Assembly: GCA_965243135.1 (NCBI GenBank)
Contig: OZ251539.1
Coordinates: 3,456,001-3,520,000, forward strand
DNA length: 64,000 nt
DNA from: Alphaproteobacteria bacterium
Lineage (GTDB): Bacteria; Pseudomonadota; Alphaproteobacteria; MPNO01; UBA830
Direction of reading: 5' to 3'
The notes beneath the pieces are model-generated. The model had not been told where the DNA came from. It saw only the letters and a program-made list of their open reading frames with translations, and did no database searches. The position numbers and the translations under genes are program-made. Below, in pieces: positions 39,945 to 50,728 of this stretch; within the stretch, counting starts at the first letter, position 1, and each line of letters begins with the position of its first letter.

Positions 39945-40841
39945 ATGGAAAAGAGCCGTCCAACGCTTCGCGCCGAGCGCCTTGCGATCCTCGCGCTGCT
40001 GGCGGGCGCCGTCACGATCGGCTTCGCGCCGATACTGGTTCGCCTCAGCGAACTCGGCCCGACGGCGACCGCAGGCTATCGCTTCCTGCTGGCGGTCCCC
40101 CTCTATTGGGCGATCTCCGCGATCGCGCCGCAACCGGCGGCCGATCAGCCATGGACGGTTCGCGATTTCCTGCTGGTCGCTCTTGCGGGCGCCAGCCTGG
40201 CCGCCGACATGGGCGCATGGCATTTCTCGATCCACATGACGACGGTGGCCAACGCGACCGTTCTTCCCAACGTCGCGCCGGTGTTCGTCGTGATCGGCAG
40301 TTGGCTGATTTTCCGGGAACGGGTAACCGGCACTTTCCTGATCGGATTGATCGCGGCCATGTTCGGCGTCTTCGCGTTGACCGAAGCGAGCTTCGCCCTT
40401 GGCCGCTCGCAGTTCGTCGGCGATCTTCTGGGCTTGCTTACCGCGCTGTTCTACGCCGTCTACCAGATGTCGATAATGCGCCTGCGGCAACGCTTCTCGA
40501 CCATCGCGATCATGGCGCGGGCGATACCGGTCAGCGCGGCGTCGATCATTCCGTTCGCCGCGGCGAGCGGCGACGCTCTCGCCGCGTCCACGCTGGCCGG
40601 CTGGTCCGTGCTCGTCGCGCTCGCCGCCGGACCGCAGGTATTGGGTCACGGATTGATCGCCTGGGCGCTGGCGCATCTGCCCGTCGCCTTCGCCTCGGTG
40701 ACCCTGCTGGCGCAACCCGTGACCGCCGCCATCGTCGCCTGGATCCTGTTCGACGAACGCATCGGCGGTCAACAAGCGATCGCGGCGGCAGCGATCCTCG
40801 CCGGCATCGCCGTCGCGAGACGCGGGAGCATGCGGCGATGA
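39945..40841 (+). CDS. DMT/EamA family transporter
   Basis: About 10 hydrophobic segments; TTVANATVL, LGHGL. Confidence 0.88.
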   Translation: MEKSRPTLRAERLAILALLAGAVTIGFAPILVRLSELGPTATAGYRFLLAVPLYWAISAIAPQPAADQPWTVRDFLLVALAGASLAADMGAWHFSIHMTTVANATVLPNVAPVFVVIGSWLIFRERVTGTFLIGLIAAMFGVFALTEASFALGRSQFVGDLLGLLTALFYAVYQMSIMRLRQRFSTIAIMARAIPVSAASIIPFAAASGDALAASTLAGWSVLVALAAGPQVLGHGLIAWALAHLPVAFASVTLLAQPVTAAIVAWILFDERIGGQQAIAAAAILAGIAVARRGSMRR

Positions 40842-42070
40842 GCGAGACGCGCATTCTGTTGCGAAACCTTTTCGATGCGGCCCTGGCCGCTGCCGACCCA
40901 TCCGCCGTCGTACCGCAGCATCTCCCCGCCCCGCCCCGCGGGCGGACCCTCGCGCTCGCGGCCGGAAAGGCGGCGGCGGCCATGGCCCGCGCCGCCGAGC
41001 GGAATTTCCCCGGCGAAACGAGCGGCATGGCCGTAACCCGTTACGGGCACGGGCTCGACTGCGAACGCATCGAGGTGATCGAAGCGGGACATCCGCTGCC
41101 CGACGCGGCCGGGCGGCGAGCGGCGTCGCGATTTCTCGCCGCCGCACGCCAGCTGACGGCGGACGACCTTCTGCTTTTCCTGGTTTCGGGCGGCGCGTCG
41201 GCGCTGCTTGCGGAACCCGCCGAAGGCCTCGGCCTCGACGAAAAGGCGGCGATCAACCGCGCGCTGCTGAAGGCGGGCGCCCCGATCGGCGATATGAACT
41301 GCCTGCGAAAACACCTGTCCGCCGTCAAGGGAGGCAGGCTCGCGGCGGCGGCGGCGCCCGCGCGCGTCGCGACGCTCGCGATCTCGGACGTGCCGGGGGA
41401 CGATCCTGCGATCATCGGTTCCGGCCCGACCGTCGCCGATCCCACGTCCTGCGGCGACGCGCTCGCGGTGGCCGAAAGATACGGAATCGAATTGCCCCCG
41501 CCCGCTCGCGCGGCTCTCGAGGACGGCCGCTGGGAATCGATCAAGCCCGGAGACCGATGCTTCGACAACGCGATCTACACGATCGTCGCCCGGCCCGCCG
41601 ACGCGCTCGACGCGGCGGCGGCCCGGGCCTCTTCGGAGGGCCTCGTCGTCCGCAATCTCGGCGACGATCTGGAAGGAGAGGCGCGAGATCTCGCGGCGGC
41701 GCACGCCCGGCTGGCGCGGCAACCCGGCGTATTGATCTCGGGAGGAGAGACCACGGTCACGCTGTCCGGAAGTTCCGGCCGCGGCGGGCGCAACTGCGAA
41801 TATCTGCTGGCGTTGGCGCTGGCGCTCGACGAAGCCCCGAACGTTCACGCCATCGCCTGCGACACCGACGGCATCGACGGAACCGAGGATGCCGCCGGCG
41901 CCTGCATCGGCCCCGATACCCTGAGACGCGCCCGCGCCGCCGGGTTGGACGCCAGGCGGATGCTGCGGGAGCACGACAGCTACGGGTTCTTCGAACGACT
42001 CGGCGACCTGATCGTGACCGGACCGACGCGCACCAACGTCAACGACTTCCGCGCCGTCCTGATCGAATGA
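40838..42070 (+). CDS. Glycerate kinase type 2 (TtuD/MOFRL)
   Basis: GKAAAAM, SGGASAL, RKHLS.VKGG, GGETTV, DTDGIDG, TGPTRTNVND. Confidence 0.92.
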   Translation: MSETRILLRNLFDAALAAADPSAVVPQHLPAPPRGRTLALAAGKAAAAMARAAERNFPGETSGMAVTRYGHGLDCERIEVIEAGHPLPDAAGRRAASRFLAAARQLTADDLLLFLVSGGASALLAEPAEGLGLDEKAAINRALLKAGAPIGDMNCLRKHLSAVKGGRLAAAAAPARVATLAISDVPGDDPAIIGSGPTVADPTSCGDALAVAERYGIELPPPARAALEDGRWESIKPGDRCFDNAIYTIVARPADALDAAAARASSEGLVVRNLGDDLEGEARDLAAAHARLARQPGVLISGGETTVTLSGSSGRGGRNCEYLLALALALDEAPNVHAIACDTDGIDGTEDAAGACIGPDTLRRARAAGLDARRMLREHDSYGFFERLGDLIVTGPTRTNVNDFRAVLIE

Positions 42071-42228
42071 AGCCGGCTCCCCCGCGTCGCGAAACTCCCC
42101 CGGCGAGCGCGCGGACGCTCGCCCCGACCGCGGCGGACGTCGGGCCGCGCCGGCCGTCGTTCCCGGACGGACCGGCGCAGAAATGATCGCGCATTGACCG
42201 GCGGCGATGCGGCGGGAACATTGCGCCC

Positions 42229-43854
42229 ATGGACCCATACGAAATTCTCGGCGTCGAGCGAGGGGCCTCGGATGGAGAGATCGGCCGCGCGTACCGAAGA
42301 CTCTCGAAAAAATACCATCCCGACGCCCTCCCTCCCGGCGCCGCGCCCGGGGACAGGCTGGAGGCGGAAGAGCGCCTGAAGCGGATCAACGCCGCGCGCG
42401 ACGAACTTCTGGCCGACAAAGAACGACGGGCCGAACGCGAGCCCGACGATCCTCCGCCGTCGTCCGACATCGTTTCGCGTCCGGACGAGTCCGAGACATG
42501 GTCGATGGTGGAGCGGCTAATCGATCTGGCATGGGGCGAAACCGATACCGTTCGGGTAGTCCGTATGGCGCGCTCTATGCCCGTTACAAGCGAAGCGCTC
42601 GATAATGTGGTCGGAGACGCGGAACCGGTCGCGGCGGCGCTCCCGCCGGATCTGAACGAACGGCTGCATGCCGGACTCCGCCATGCATGCGACCGGGCGG
42701 GCCGCCGTTGCGCGGACCGCGCGTTGCTCCGCGGCGGAGTTGCCGCGGTCTTGCTGCTCGTCGCCATCCTGTGGGCCCCGACATGGACGGACTCGAGCCT
42801 GATTGACGGTCTGGCCGTCGGAAAGCCCGGCTCCGGGGCGGCGCAGTCGCTGCTGCGAGGCGCCTTGTTCGCGCTCTGCGCGACCGCGCTCGTCCTTTAC
42901 GTTCGCTGGTCCAGTCGACGCGCCATGCGCGAGCTTTTCGAAACCCGCGTCAAACGGCCCATTCGCCGCGGCGGCATGACCGCGAGCGCGGCGCTCGCGC
43001 TATTCGTATTCAGCATGGCCTTGCCCGGTCCGGCCGGATCGCCCCTCTCGGACTGGTGGTGCGCGACGACTCCCACGAGCGGAGCCTGCGAGACTTCGAG
43101 CCGGATCGCCGGGTCGTTCGCGGAAGCGCAGCGCGCGGCCGCCGCGTTCGTCGGGAAACTGTCCAGCCAAGATCCCGCAGCGCGAGCGCCCAAGCCGCCC
43201 GCCCCCGGAGGTTCCCACGCCCGGCGACAAGATGCGCCGCCAACGGGAGCGGCCGGCCGGAACGGCGCCGGAACTGCCCTGCATGACGCCGCTTCGTTCG
43301 GAATCGCCTCGGATGTCCTGGCGCTTGTGCAAGCCGGCGCAAACCCGCGGTCGCGGGACGAGTCCGGCAGAACGCCGCTGCACGATGCCGCGAGGAACAA
43401 CGAAGATCCGGCGATCGTCAGGATGCTTGTGGAGGCCGGCGCCGATCCCAACGCTCGGGACGCGGACGGAAGGATCCCTCTTCACGACTCCGGGTTGAAC
43501 GAAAATCCGTTGGTCGCTGCGCGGCTGGTGATGGCCGGAGCGGATCCGAACGCCAGGGACGAAAACGGAAGAACGCCGCTTCACGACGCGTGCTTCAACC
43601 GGAATCCGCTGATCGCGGCGGCGTTGATCGCCTCGGGCGCCGACCCGAACATCCGGGACAGGAACGGGCGAACCCCGCTCCACGAGGCGGCCCGGCGGAA
43701 TCCGAACGCATTCGTCGCCGAAACGCTGCTGGACGCCGGCGCCGACCCGCGCGCCATGGACATGCAGGGCAGAACGCCCGGAGATTACGCCCGCGACAAC
43801 CGCGCCTTCAGAAACACGAACGCCATGCGCCGATTGAACGGGATGCCTCGTTGA
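42229..43854 (+). CDS. DnaJ-domain, transmembrane, ankyrin-repeat protein
   Basis: DPYEILGV...KYHPD (J domain); about 3 hydrophobic helices; about 5-6 G.TPLH.A...GADPN repeats. Confidence 0.85.
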   Translation: MDPYEILGVERGASDGEIGRAYRRLSKKYHPDALPPGAAPGDRLEAEERLKRINAARDELLADKERRAEREPDDPPPSSDIVSRPDESETWSMVERLIDLAWGETDTVRVVRMARSMPVTSEALDNVVGDAEPVAAALPPDLNERLHAGLRHACDRAGRRCADRALLRGGVAAVLLLVAILWAPTWTDSSLIDGLAVGKPGSGAAQSLLRGALFALCATALVLYVRWSSRRAMRELFETRVKRPIRRGGMTASAALALFVFSMALPGPAGSPLSDWWCATTPTSGACETSSRIAGSFAEAQRAAAAFVGKLSSQDPAARAPKPPAPGGSHARRQDAPPTGAAGRNGAGTALHDAASFGIASDVLALVQAGANPRSRDESGRTPLHDAARNNEDPAIVRMLVEAGADPNARDADGRIPLHDSGLNENPLVAARLVMAGADPNARDENGRTPLHDACFNRNPLIAAALIASGADPNIRDRNGRTPLHEAARRNPNAFVAETLLDAGADPRAMDMQGRTPGDYARDNRAFRNTNAMRRLNGMPR

Positions 43855-43891
43855 TTTCGGCTCCCGGCCCGTCCCGCTGCCGGGGTCAGCC

Positions 43892-44215
43892 CTATTGGAC
43901 GGTGGATTTGGGAGTCGGCACGACGCGGGTGATCACCGAGGCGTCGCGGTCGAGCATGTCCGGAAGGCGCGGCGCGATCTCGTTCTTCCAATGGTCGCTC
44001 TCGTAGACCGCCTCGTAGAGGCGCTCGCGCTCGGCCTCGTCCTCGAATCGGCGCAGCCAGACATAGACGGAATCGTCCGTCTCGCCCCGAAAGCTTCCGC
44101 AGACGACGGCACCCTTCGAGACCTGGAACGGAATGATTTCGCCTTCCATGAACCGCACCCAGTCGTCCATCTTGCCCGCCAGCACCCTGTATTGCCGCAG
44201 TTCGTAGAACGCCAT
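43892..44215 (-). CDS. NIPSNAP family protein
   Basis: YELRQY, YVWLRRF..EAERERLY. Confidence 0.88.
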   Translation of the reverse strand: MAFYELRQYRVLAGKMDDWVRFMEGEIIPFQVSKGAVVCGSFRGETDDSVYVWLRRFEDEAERERLYEAVYESDHWKNEIAPRLPDMLDRDASVITRVVPTPKSTVQ

Positions 44216-44334
44216 CGACGTCTCTCCTTCTCGAATTCGCGGAGGCGATCATAAGGCATCCGGGACGGGCGCGCGACACCGTCGCGGCGAACCGCGGTAT
44301 GGCGAACGTCCGGCGGCTCGTCTATATTTCCCGC

Positions 44335-45753
44335 ATGAAACGCCGTGCGAAGATCGTCGCGACGCTCGGCCCCGCGACGGCGGGCGCGGACGGCATCGAA
44401 AACGTCTTTCGCGCCGGAGCCGACGTGTTCCGGCTCAATTTCAGCCACGGCGACCGGGCGGCGCACAAATCCAGCCTGGACGCCATTCGCGCCCTCGAAA
44501 CGAAGCGCGGCCGCCCGGTCGCGGCCATCGCGGATCTGCAGGGGCCCAAGATCCGCATCGGCGCGATGAAGGGCGGCGGCGCGACGCTGTCTCCCGGCCG
44601 GGCGTTCCGGCTGGAACTCGGCGAGCGGGAGGGCGACGCGGACGGGGCGTCGCTTCCGCATCCGGAGATTTTCCAGGCGTTGCGGCCCGAAACGGACGTA
44701 TTGCTGGACGACGGCCGGATCCGCCTTCGTGTGAACGAAGTCCGGGCGGATTGCGCCGAAGCGACGGTCGTGACGGGCGGCAGGCTGACGGACCGGAAGG
44801 GCGTGAACGTGCCCAACGCGGTGCTGCCGCTCGCGGCGATTACCGACAAGGACAGGACCGACCTCGAATTCGCGCTGTCGCAGCAGGTCGACTGGGTCGC
44901 GCTTTCGTTCGTCCAGCGGCCGGAAGACGTCGCCGAAGCGCGGAAATTGATTGGCGACCGGGCCGCCGTGATGACGAAGCTCGAGAAACCGGCCGCCGTG
45001 GAACGCCTCGACGAGATCGTCGCGCTGTCCGACGCGGTGATGGTGGCTCGCGGCGACCTCGGCGTCGAACTGCCTCCCGAGGACGTTCCCGGAATCCAGA
45101 AGCAGATCGTGCGCCGCTGCCGCGAGGCCGGCAAGCCGGTCGTCGTCGCGACGCAGATGCTCGACTCCATGGTCCACGCTCCGACCCCGACCCGAGCGGA
45201 GGCCTCCGACGTGGCGACGGCCGTTTACGACGGAGCCGACGCCGTGATGCTGTCGGCGGAAACCGCGACGGGCGCGTATCCCGTGGAGGCCGTCGCGATG
45301 ATGAACCGGATCATCGAGCGCACGGAGCGCGACGACGCCTATCGCGCCATCATCGACGCCGCGCGCTCGGACCCTGAGCGGACGGCGTCCGACGCGATCA
45401 CCGCGGCCGCCCGCCAAGTCGCCGACACCATCGCCGCCGCCGCCATCGCCACCTACACGACTTCGGGATCGACCACGTTGCGGGCGGCCCGCGAGCGGCC
45501 CGCCGTGCCGATCCTGTGCCTCACCACGAACCTTTCCGTCGCCCGGCGCCTCGCCGTCGCATGGGGCGTGCGCACGGTGGTGATCAGCGGCATCCGGGAT
45601 TTCTCGGACATGGTGGAAAAGGCCTGCCGCATCGCGTCGGACGAAGGCGTCGCGGCCCGGGGCGAGCGCCTCGTCATAACCGCCGGCGTCCCCTTCGGCA
45701 CTTCCGGGACGACGAACGTGCTCCGCATCGCCCGGCTGGGAGACGCCGCCTGA
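44335..45753 (+). CDS. pyk: Pyruvate kinase
   Basis: KIVATLGPA, RLNFSHG, DLQGPKIR, MVARGDLGVE, ATQMLDSM, MLSAET. Confidence 0.97.
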   Translation: MKRRAKIVATLGPATAGADGIENVFRAGADVFRLNFSHGDRAAHKSSLDAIRALETKRGRPVAAIADLQGPKIRIGAMKGGGATLSPGRAFRLELGEREGDADGASLPHPEIFQALRPETDVLLDDGRIRLRVNEVRADCAEATVVTGGRLTDRKGVNVPNAVLPLAAITDKDRTDLEFALSQQVDWVALSFVQRPEDVAEARKLIGDRAAVMTKLEKPAAVERLDEIVALSDAVMVARGDLGVELPPEDVPGIQKQIVRRCREAGKPVVVATQMLDSMVHAPTPTRAEASDVATAVYDGADAVMLSAETATGAYPVEAVAMMNRIIERTERDDAYRAIIDAARSDPERTASDAITAAARQVADTIAAAAIATYTTSGSTTLRAARERPAVPILCLTTNLSVARRLAVAWGVRTVVISGIRDFSDMVEKACRIASDEGVAARGERLVITAGVPFGTSGTTNVLRIARLGDAA

Positions 45754-45792
45754 CCGCTCCCGACTCGCGGGTCGGCGACGCCGGTTCGTTCC

Positions 45793-46356
45793 TCAGCCGC
45801 CTCCGAGCCTTTCCCGCAACGAGCGGATCGTGGACTCCGCGCCCGGCAGCCAGGGATTGGCCGCGAGCGCCGAGTCGAAAGCCGCGAGCGCTTCGCGATA
45901 GTTGCCGCGCCCAAGGTGGATCAGCCCCAGACCGGACAGCGCGCCGAAATGCCGCGGTTCCATCTCGACGGTCTTGCGGATGTCCCGTACCGAGGCGTCG
46001 TAGCGTTCGAGAAGAAAGTTGACCGTCCCGCGCTTGTTCCACGCTTCGGCGAAGTCCGGCTGCGCCTCGATCGCCCGCGTGAACGCGGCGATCGCCTCCT
46101 CGCCGTCCTTGCGGCTCAGCGCCTGAAGGCCCTGCAGCATTTCCAGGTCCGCGGCGCCGTTCCCGGAAATCATCCAGACGTCCTGGATCGACTGTTCGAT
46201 CCGCTCCGCGGCTTCCCGGCTTTTCGCGTTCCTGAGCTGCGCGAAGAGCCCGTCCAGGCGAGGATCGTTCTGCCCGCCCTGAAGCGGCACCGCGAACATG
46301 AGCTCGGCTTCCGCGGCCAGCAACCGCTTGAACGTCTTCATGTCGAAAGTCTTCAT
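45793..46356 (-). CDS. TPR-repeat protein
   Basis: PDFAEAWNKRG, EPRHFGALSGLG; start overlaps the glcF stop. Confidence 0.82.
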   Translation of the reverse strand: MKTFDMKTFKRLLAAEAELMFAVPLQGGQNDPRLDGLFAQLRNAKSREAAERIEQSIQDVWMISGNGAADLEMLQGLQALSRKDGEEAIAAFTRAIEAQPDFAEAWNKRGTVNFLLERYDASVRDIRKTVEMEPRHFGALSGLGLIHLGRGNYREALAAFDSALAANPWLPGAESTIRSLRERLGGG

Positions 46357-47636
46357 GCCCCGCGCTTCCGCCGCGTTTTCTCCATTCCCGCCGGCATCGG
46401 GCCGCCCGTCGCCCAGTCGAGAAGTTCGGCGGTATGCGCGACCGGCGTCGCCAGCGCGTTCCTGAGCTGCACCAGGCAGCCGATGTTGCCGGTCGCCACG
46501 ACGTCGGGCCGGACGGCTTCGAGGCTGGACGCCTTGCGGTCGCGAAGGCGGGCCGCGATCTCGGGCTGCAGCAGATTGTAGGCGCCCGCCGAACCGCAAC
46601 AGAGATGCGCCTCCGCGGGCTCCGCCACCGAGAATCCCGCCGAAGCGAGCAGTTCCCTGGGCTGTCGAACGACCTTCTGGCCATGCTGAAGCGAACAGGC
46701 GCCGTGATAGGCGACCCGCAACGCCTCGCGCCTTTCGACGGAGAGGCCGAGTTCATGGACGACTTCCGAAACGTCGCGGGCGATCGCGCCGATCCGGTCC
46801 GCCGCCGCGGCCAGATCCGGATCGGATCTCAGCAGATGCCCGTAGTCCTTGACCATCGTGCCGCAACCCGAAGCGTTGACGACGACGGCGTCGATGTCCT
46901 CCCGCGTCCACGCGCGAACGTTGCGTCGCGCCGCGGCGCGCGCGTCCTTTCCGAGGTGATGCGCGATCGCCCCGCAACAGCCGCCTGCGACGACCACTTC
47001 GCAACCGTGGCGGGTGAGCAGGCGGATCGTCGCCCGGTCGATCTCGGGCGCGAGCACTTGCTGAACGCAACCGGGAAGCAGCGCGACGCGCCGTCGTCGG
47101 GGTCCGAGAGCGGGATGGACGGCGCGGCCCCGGTGAAACGACGCCCGCACCGGGCCGGCGGGCGCAAGGGACAACATGGCGCGCAGGCGCTCGGGGAGGA
47201 GCGCAGCCGCGAGGCGGCCGGCGGGAACGAGCCCGAGCAGCACGCGGAACAAGCGAGGCTTCGGGAACGCCGCGGCCAGAACGTTCCGCACCGTCCGGTC
47301 GAGCCAGGGCCGCCTGTAGGTCCTTTCGATATACGCGCGCGCATGATCCACCAGGTGCATGTAATCGACGCCCGAGGGGCAGGTCGTCATGCAGGAGAGG
47401 CAGGACAGGCAGCGGTCCACGTGGCGCACGACCGGTTCGTCCGCGGGCCCGCCGGCCTCCAGCATGTTCTTGATCAGGTAGATGCGGCCTCTCGGGCTGT
47501 CGCGTTCGTCGCCCATCAACGCGTAGGTCGGACAGGTGGCGGTGCAGAAGCCGCAGTGAACGCAGCTGCGCAGGATCCGCTCCGCTTCCGCGGTGTCGGG
47601 ATCCGCGAGCTGAGCCAGGCTGAAGCGCGTCTCCAT
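46353..47636 (-). CDS. glcF: Glycolate oxidase Fe-S subunit
   Basis: CVHCGFCTATCPT, CLSCLSCMTTCPSGV, CCG domains. Confidence 0.95.
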   Translation of the reverse strand: METRFSLAQLADPDTAEAERILRSCVHCGFCTATCPTYALMGDERDSPRGRIYLIKNMLEAGGPADEPVVRHVDRCLSCLSCMTTCPSGVDYMHLVDHARAYIERTYRRPWLDRTVRNVLAAAFPKPRLFRVLLGLVPAGRLAAALLPERLRAMLSLAPAGPVRASFHRGRAVHPALGPRRRRVALLPGCVQQVLAPEIDRATIRLLTRHGCEVVVAGGCCGAIAHHLGKDARAAARRNVRAWTREDIDAVVVNASGCGTMVKDYGHLLRSDPDLAAAADRIGAIARDVSEVVHELGLSVERREALRVAYHGACSLQHGQKVVRQPRELLASAGFSVAEPAEAHLCCGSAGAYNLLQPEIAARLRDRKASSLEAVRPDVVATGNIGCLVQLRNALATPVAHTAELLDWATGGPMPAGMEKTRRKRGA

Positions 47637-47639
47637 CGC

Positions 47640-48878
47640 TCAAACGCCCTCGTACATCCGCCCCGGATTGAGAATTCGCTTCGGATCGAACGCGTCCTTG
47701 ACGCCGCGGGTCAAACGGGCGACCGGAGCGGGTTCCGGCTGAAACGCGCCCGCCGCGCGCCGCGTCGCCGCGTCGGCGCGCAACAGCGTGGCGTGGCCGC
47801 CGCGCCGGGCGGCCTCGTCGCGAACGATCGGCGCTCCACCGGCCCCCGAGACCGAGAGCCAGATCAGGCCGCCGCCCCAGTCCAGCCATCCTTCCGCCTG
47901 CAATTCGCCGCGCGCCCGTTCGTAGATCGCGGGCGCCGCGGAGGGCGGAACCGAAATGCGCCATATTTCCGTTGCCCGGCCCTCCGCGAAATACGCCGCT
48001 TCTCCCGTCTCGCGCCAGAAGACCTTCGAATCGGCGGTATGGAGCTCCTCCACGTCGCCGAAGCTTCCGAGCTCTTCGCGCAGAGACCGGCACCGCGCCT
48101 CGACCGATGCGCCGAAGCCTTCGAGGCGAAGCGCGGCAAGCGAAGCCCGGGCGCTCGCGACCATGGACGCGCCGGATCGCGCGGCGACGTCCGCGGGCAG
48201 CCAGGCCGCGGCGGAAACGTCGTGCGGGCTCGACAGCGCCGCGGTCATGGCCCGAACGGCGGAGGCCGGGTCGGAACAGGAAACCAGCACCGTGCGGGTC
48301 CGCTCGGGGGCCGGCAGAACCTTGACGGTCAGTTCGGTCATGACGCCGAGGGTCCCCCACGATCCGCACATCAGCTTGCACAGGTCGTAGCCCGTGACGT
48401 TCTTGACCACGCGGCCTCCCGATCTGAACGTCTCGGCGCGCCCCGATACCGCTTCGACGCCGAGGAAATGATCCCGCGCGGCGCCCGATCTGACGCGGCG
48501 GGGTCCCGAGAGATTGCCGGCGACGACGCCGCCGATGGTGGCGCGCTCCGGCGCGCCGCCCAGCAACGGCCCGAAATCCGGCGGCTCGAACGCCAGCATC
48601 TGGCCGTGCTGCTCCAGCTGCATCCGTATTCGCTCCATGGGAGTTCCGGGAGCGGCGCGCATCACGAGCTCCTCCGGCTCGTAAAGAGACACGCCGGACA
48701 ACCGCGAAGTGGACAACCTGGACCACTCCCCGGCGGGAAGGCCGATGCCGCGCTTCGAACCGTTGCCGCAAATCTCGAGGGGCGTCCCGGCGGCGAGCGC
48801 CTCGGCGACGGCCGAGCGAGTCTCCTCGACCGATTCCGGTTCGAGAAGGTCGTCCGCCGAAGCCGGAGCGCCGTTCAT
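47640..48878 (-). CDS. glcE: Glycolate oxidase FAD subunit
   Basis: YEPEELV, GAARDHFLG, VKNVTGYDL, FDPKRILNPGR. Confidence 0.92.
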   Translation of the reverse strand: MNGAPASADDLLEPESVEETRSAVAEALAAGTPLEICGNGSKRGIGLPAGEWSRLSTSRLSGVSLYEPEELVMRAAPGTPMERIRMQLEQHGQMLAFEPPDFGPLLGGAPERATIGGVVAGNLSGPRRVRSGAARDHFLGVEAVSGRAETFRSGGRVVKNVTGYDLCKLMCGSWGTLGVMTELTVKVLPAPERTRTVLVSCSDPASAVRAMTAALSSPHDVSAAAWLPADVAARSGASMVASARASLAALRLEGFGASVEARCRSLREELGSFGDVEELHTADSKVFWRETGEAAYFAEGRATEIWRISVPPSAAPAIYERARGELQAEGWLDWGGGLIWLSVSGAGGAPIVRDEAARRGGHATLLRADAATRRAAGAFQPEPAPVARLTRGVKDAFDPKRILNPGRMYEGV

Positions 48879-50365
48879 CAGAAGCGGGGGAGCTCGGGAA
48901 AGCGCGCGCGGCCGGCGTGGATGTGCACCCGTCCGAGCTCGGCGCAGCGCCGCAATTTCGGAAAGACCTTGCCCGGATTGAGTTGCTGGGTCGGATCGAA
49001 AGCGCACTTGACCCTTTGCTGCTGATCGAGGTCGGTCTCCGTGAAAACTTCGCCCATCAGGTCGCGCTTCTCGACGCCGACGCCGTGCTCGCCGGTCAGC
49101 ACGCCGTCGGCCTTGACGCAGAGCCTGAGAATGTCGGCGCCGAGGCGCTCGGCCTTGTCGAGTTCGCCCGGCACGTTGGCGTCGTAGAGGATAAGCGGAT
49201 GCAGGTTCCCGTCGCCGGCATGGAAGACGTTGGCGACCCGGAGCCCGTAGGCGGCGGACAACTCGCTCATCCCGGCCAGCACTTCCGACAGCCGGTGGCG
49301 CGGTATGGTCCCGTCCATGCAATAGTAATCCGGCGAGATGCGTCCGACCGCCGGGAACGCAGCCTTGCGGCCGGCCCAGAAAGAGAGCCGTTCCTCCTCG
49401 TTGCGGCTTACGCGGACGGACTGGGCCTCGTTCTCGCGGGCGATGGCCTCGACCCGGTCGACGAGTTCGTCGACCTCGACCTCCGGCCCGTCGAGTTCGA
49501 CGATCAGCAGCGCTTCGACATCCAGCGGATAGCCGGCCTGCACGAACGCTTCCGCGGCCTGGATCGCCGGACGGTCCATCATTTCCATTCCGCCGGGAAT
49601 GACGCCGGCGCCGATGATCGCGGCCACGCAGTCGCCCGCCGCGCGAACCGTCGGAAAGCCGATCAGCAGCGCGCGGGCGACCGGCGGACGCCGCAGGATG
49701 CGCACCGTGACCTCGGTGACGACGCCCAGCAGTCCCTCGGAACCGGTCATGATCCCGAGCAGGTCGTAACCTCCCGAATCGAGATGCTTTCCGCCCAGCC
49801 GCACGACCTCGCCGTCCATCAGGACGACTTCGAGTCCCATCAGATTGTTCGCGGTCAACCCGTATTTGAGGCAATGAACGCCCCCGGAGTTTTCCGCGAC
49901 GTTGCCGCCGATGGTGCAGGCGATCTGGCTCGACGGGTCGGGCGCGTAATAGAAGCCGTCCGCTTCGACCGCTTGCGTCAGGGCCAGGTTGGTGACGCCC
50001 GGTTGCGCGACGACGCAGCGGTTGTCGTAATCGACGTCGAGAATGCGATTGAACTTGCCGAGACCGAGGGTGATTCCATCGGCGAGCGGCAACGCGCCTC
50101 CCGAGAGCGACGTGCCGGCTCCCCTCGGAACGATCTTGATGCCGCTTCCGTGGCAATAGCGCAGGATCCGGGAGACCTGCAGAGTGGTTTCCGGAAGCAC
50201 GGCGATCAGCGGCAACTGCCGGTACGCCGTGAGACCGTCGCATTCGTAGGCGCGCAGCCCTTCCTCTTCCGCGATCACGCCCTCGCCGGGAACGATCTCC
50301 CTCAGCGCGGCGACAATTTCGTCTCGCCGCGAAAGAACGTCGCTGTCCGGATCGGGCATGCGCAT
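48878..50365 (-). CDS. glcD: Glycolate oxidase subunit
   Basis: APDPSSQIACTIGGN, HAGDGNLHP, GEHGVGVEKR. Confidence 0.93.
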   Translation of the reverse strand: MRMPDPDSDVLSRRDEIVAALREIVPGEGVIAEEEGLRAYECDGLTAYRQLPLIAVLPETTLQVSRILRYCHGSGIKIVPRGAGTSLSGGALPLADGITLGLGKFNRILDVDYDNRCVVAQPGVTNLALTQAVEADGFYYAPDPSSQIACTIGGNVAENSGGVHCLKYGLTANNLMGLEVVLMDGEVVRLGGKHLDSGGYDLLGIMTGSEGLLGVVTEVTVRILRRPPVARALLIGFPTVRAAGDCVAAIIGAGVIPGGMEMMDRPAIQAAEAFVQAGYPLDVEALLIVELDGPEVEVDELVDRVEAIARENEAQSVRVSRNEEERLSFWAGRKAAFPAVGRISPDYYCMDGTIPRHRLSEVLAGMSELSAAYGLRVANVFHAGDGNLHPLILYDANVPGELDKAERLGADILRLCVKADGVLTGEHGVGVEKRDLMGEVFTETDLDQQQRVKCAFDPTQQLNPGKVFPKLRRCAELGRVHIHAGRARFPELPRF

Positions 50366-50525
50366 GCGACCCCCTTTCAGCCTCCGGCGCGCAGGGCGAC
50401 CGGTTCCGCGCCGGCCGCAAGCGGTTCGCCGGGCGGGCGGGGTTTCAAGGCGCCTGCACGGGAGGCGCCGCCAAGCCGACGCGTCCGGTTGCGGCAGGCC
50501 CTTCGGCAATATTCTCGGCGGCCGA

Positions 50526-50651
50526 TCAGCCCTGACGCGCCTTGAAGCGCCGGTTGCGCTTGTTGATAACGTAGGTGCGCCCGCGACGCCGGACGACGCG
50601 GCAGAACCGGTCCCGCTTCTTGGCGGATTTAAGGGAATTGATGACCTTCAT
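50526..50651 (-). CDS. rpmJ: 50S ribosomal protein L36 (type B, zinc-free)
   Basis: Read by hand, not in the ORF track: [41 protein letters not shown]. Confidence 0.95.
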   Translation of the reverse strand: MKVINSLKSAKKRDRFCRVVRRRGRTYVINKRNRRFKARQG

Positions 50652-50728
50652 GACCTGCTTCCGACAGCGGTTTCATTCCAGAGGCGAAGCGTAGCTTACG
50701 GGAGCGGCCCACGTTCGTCAACCCATGG

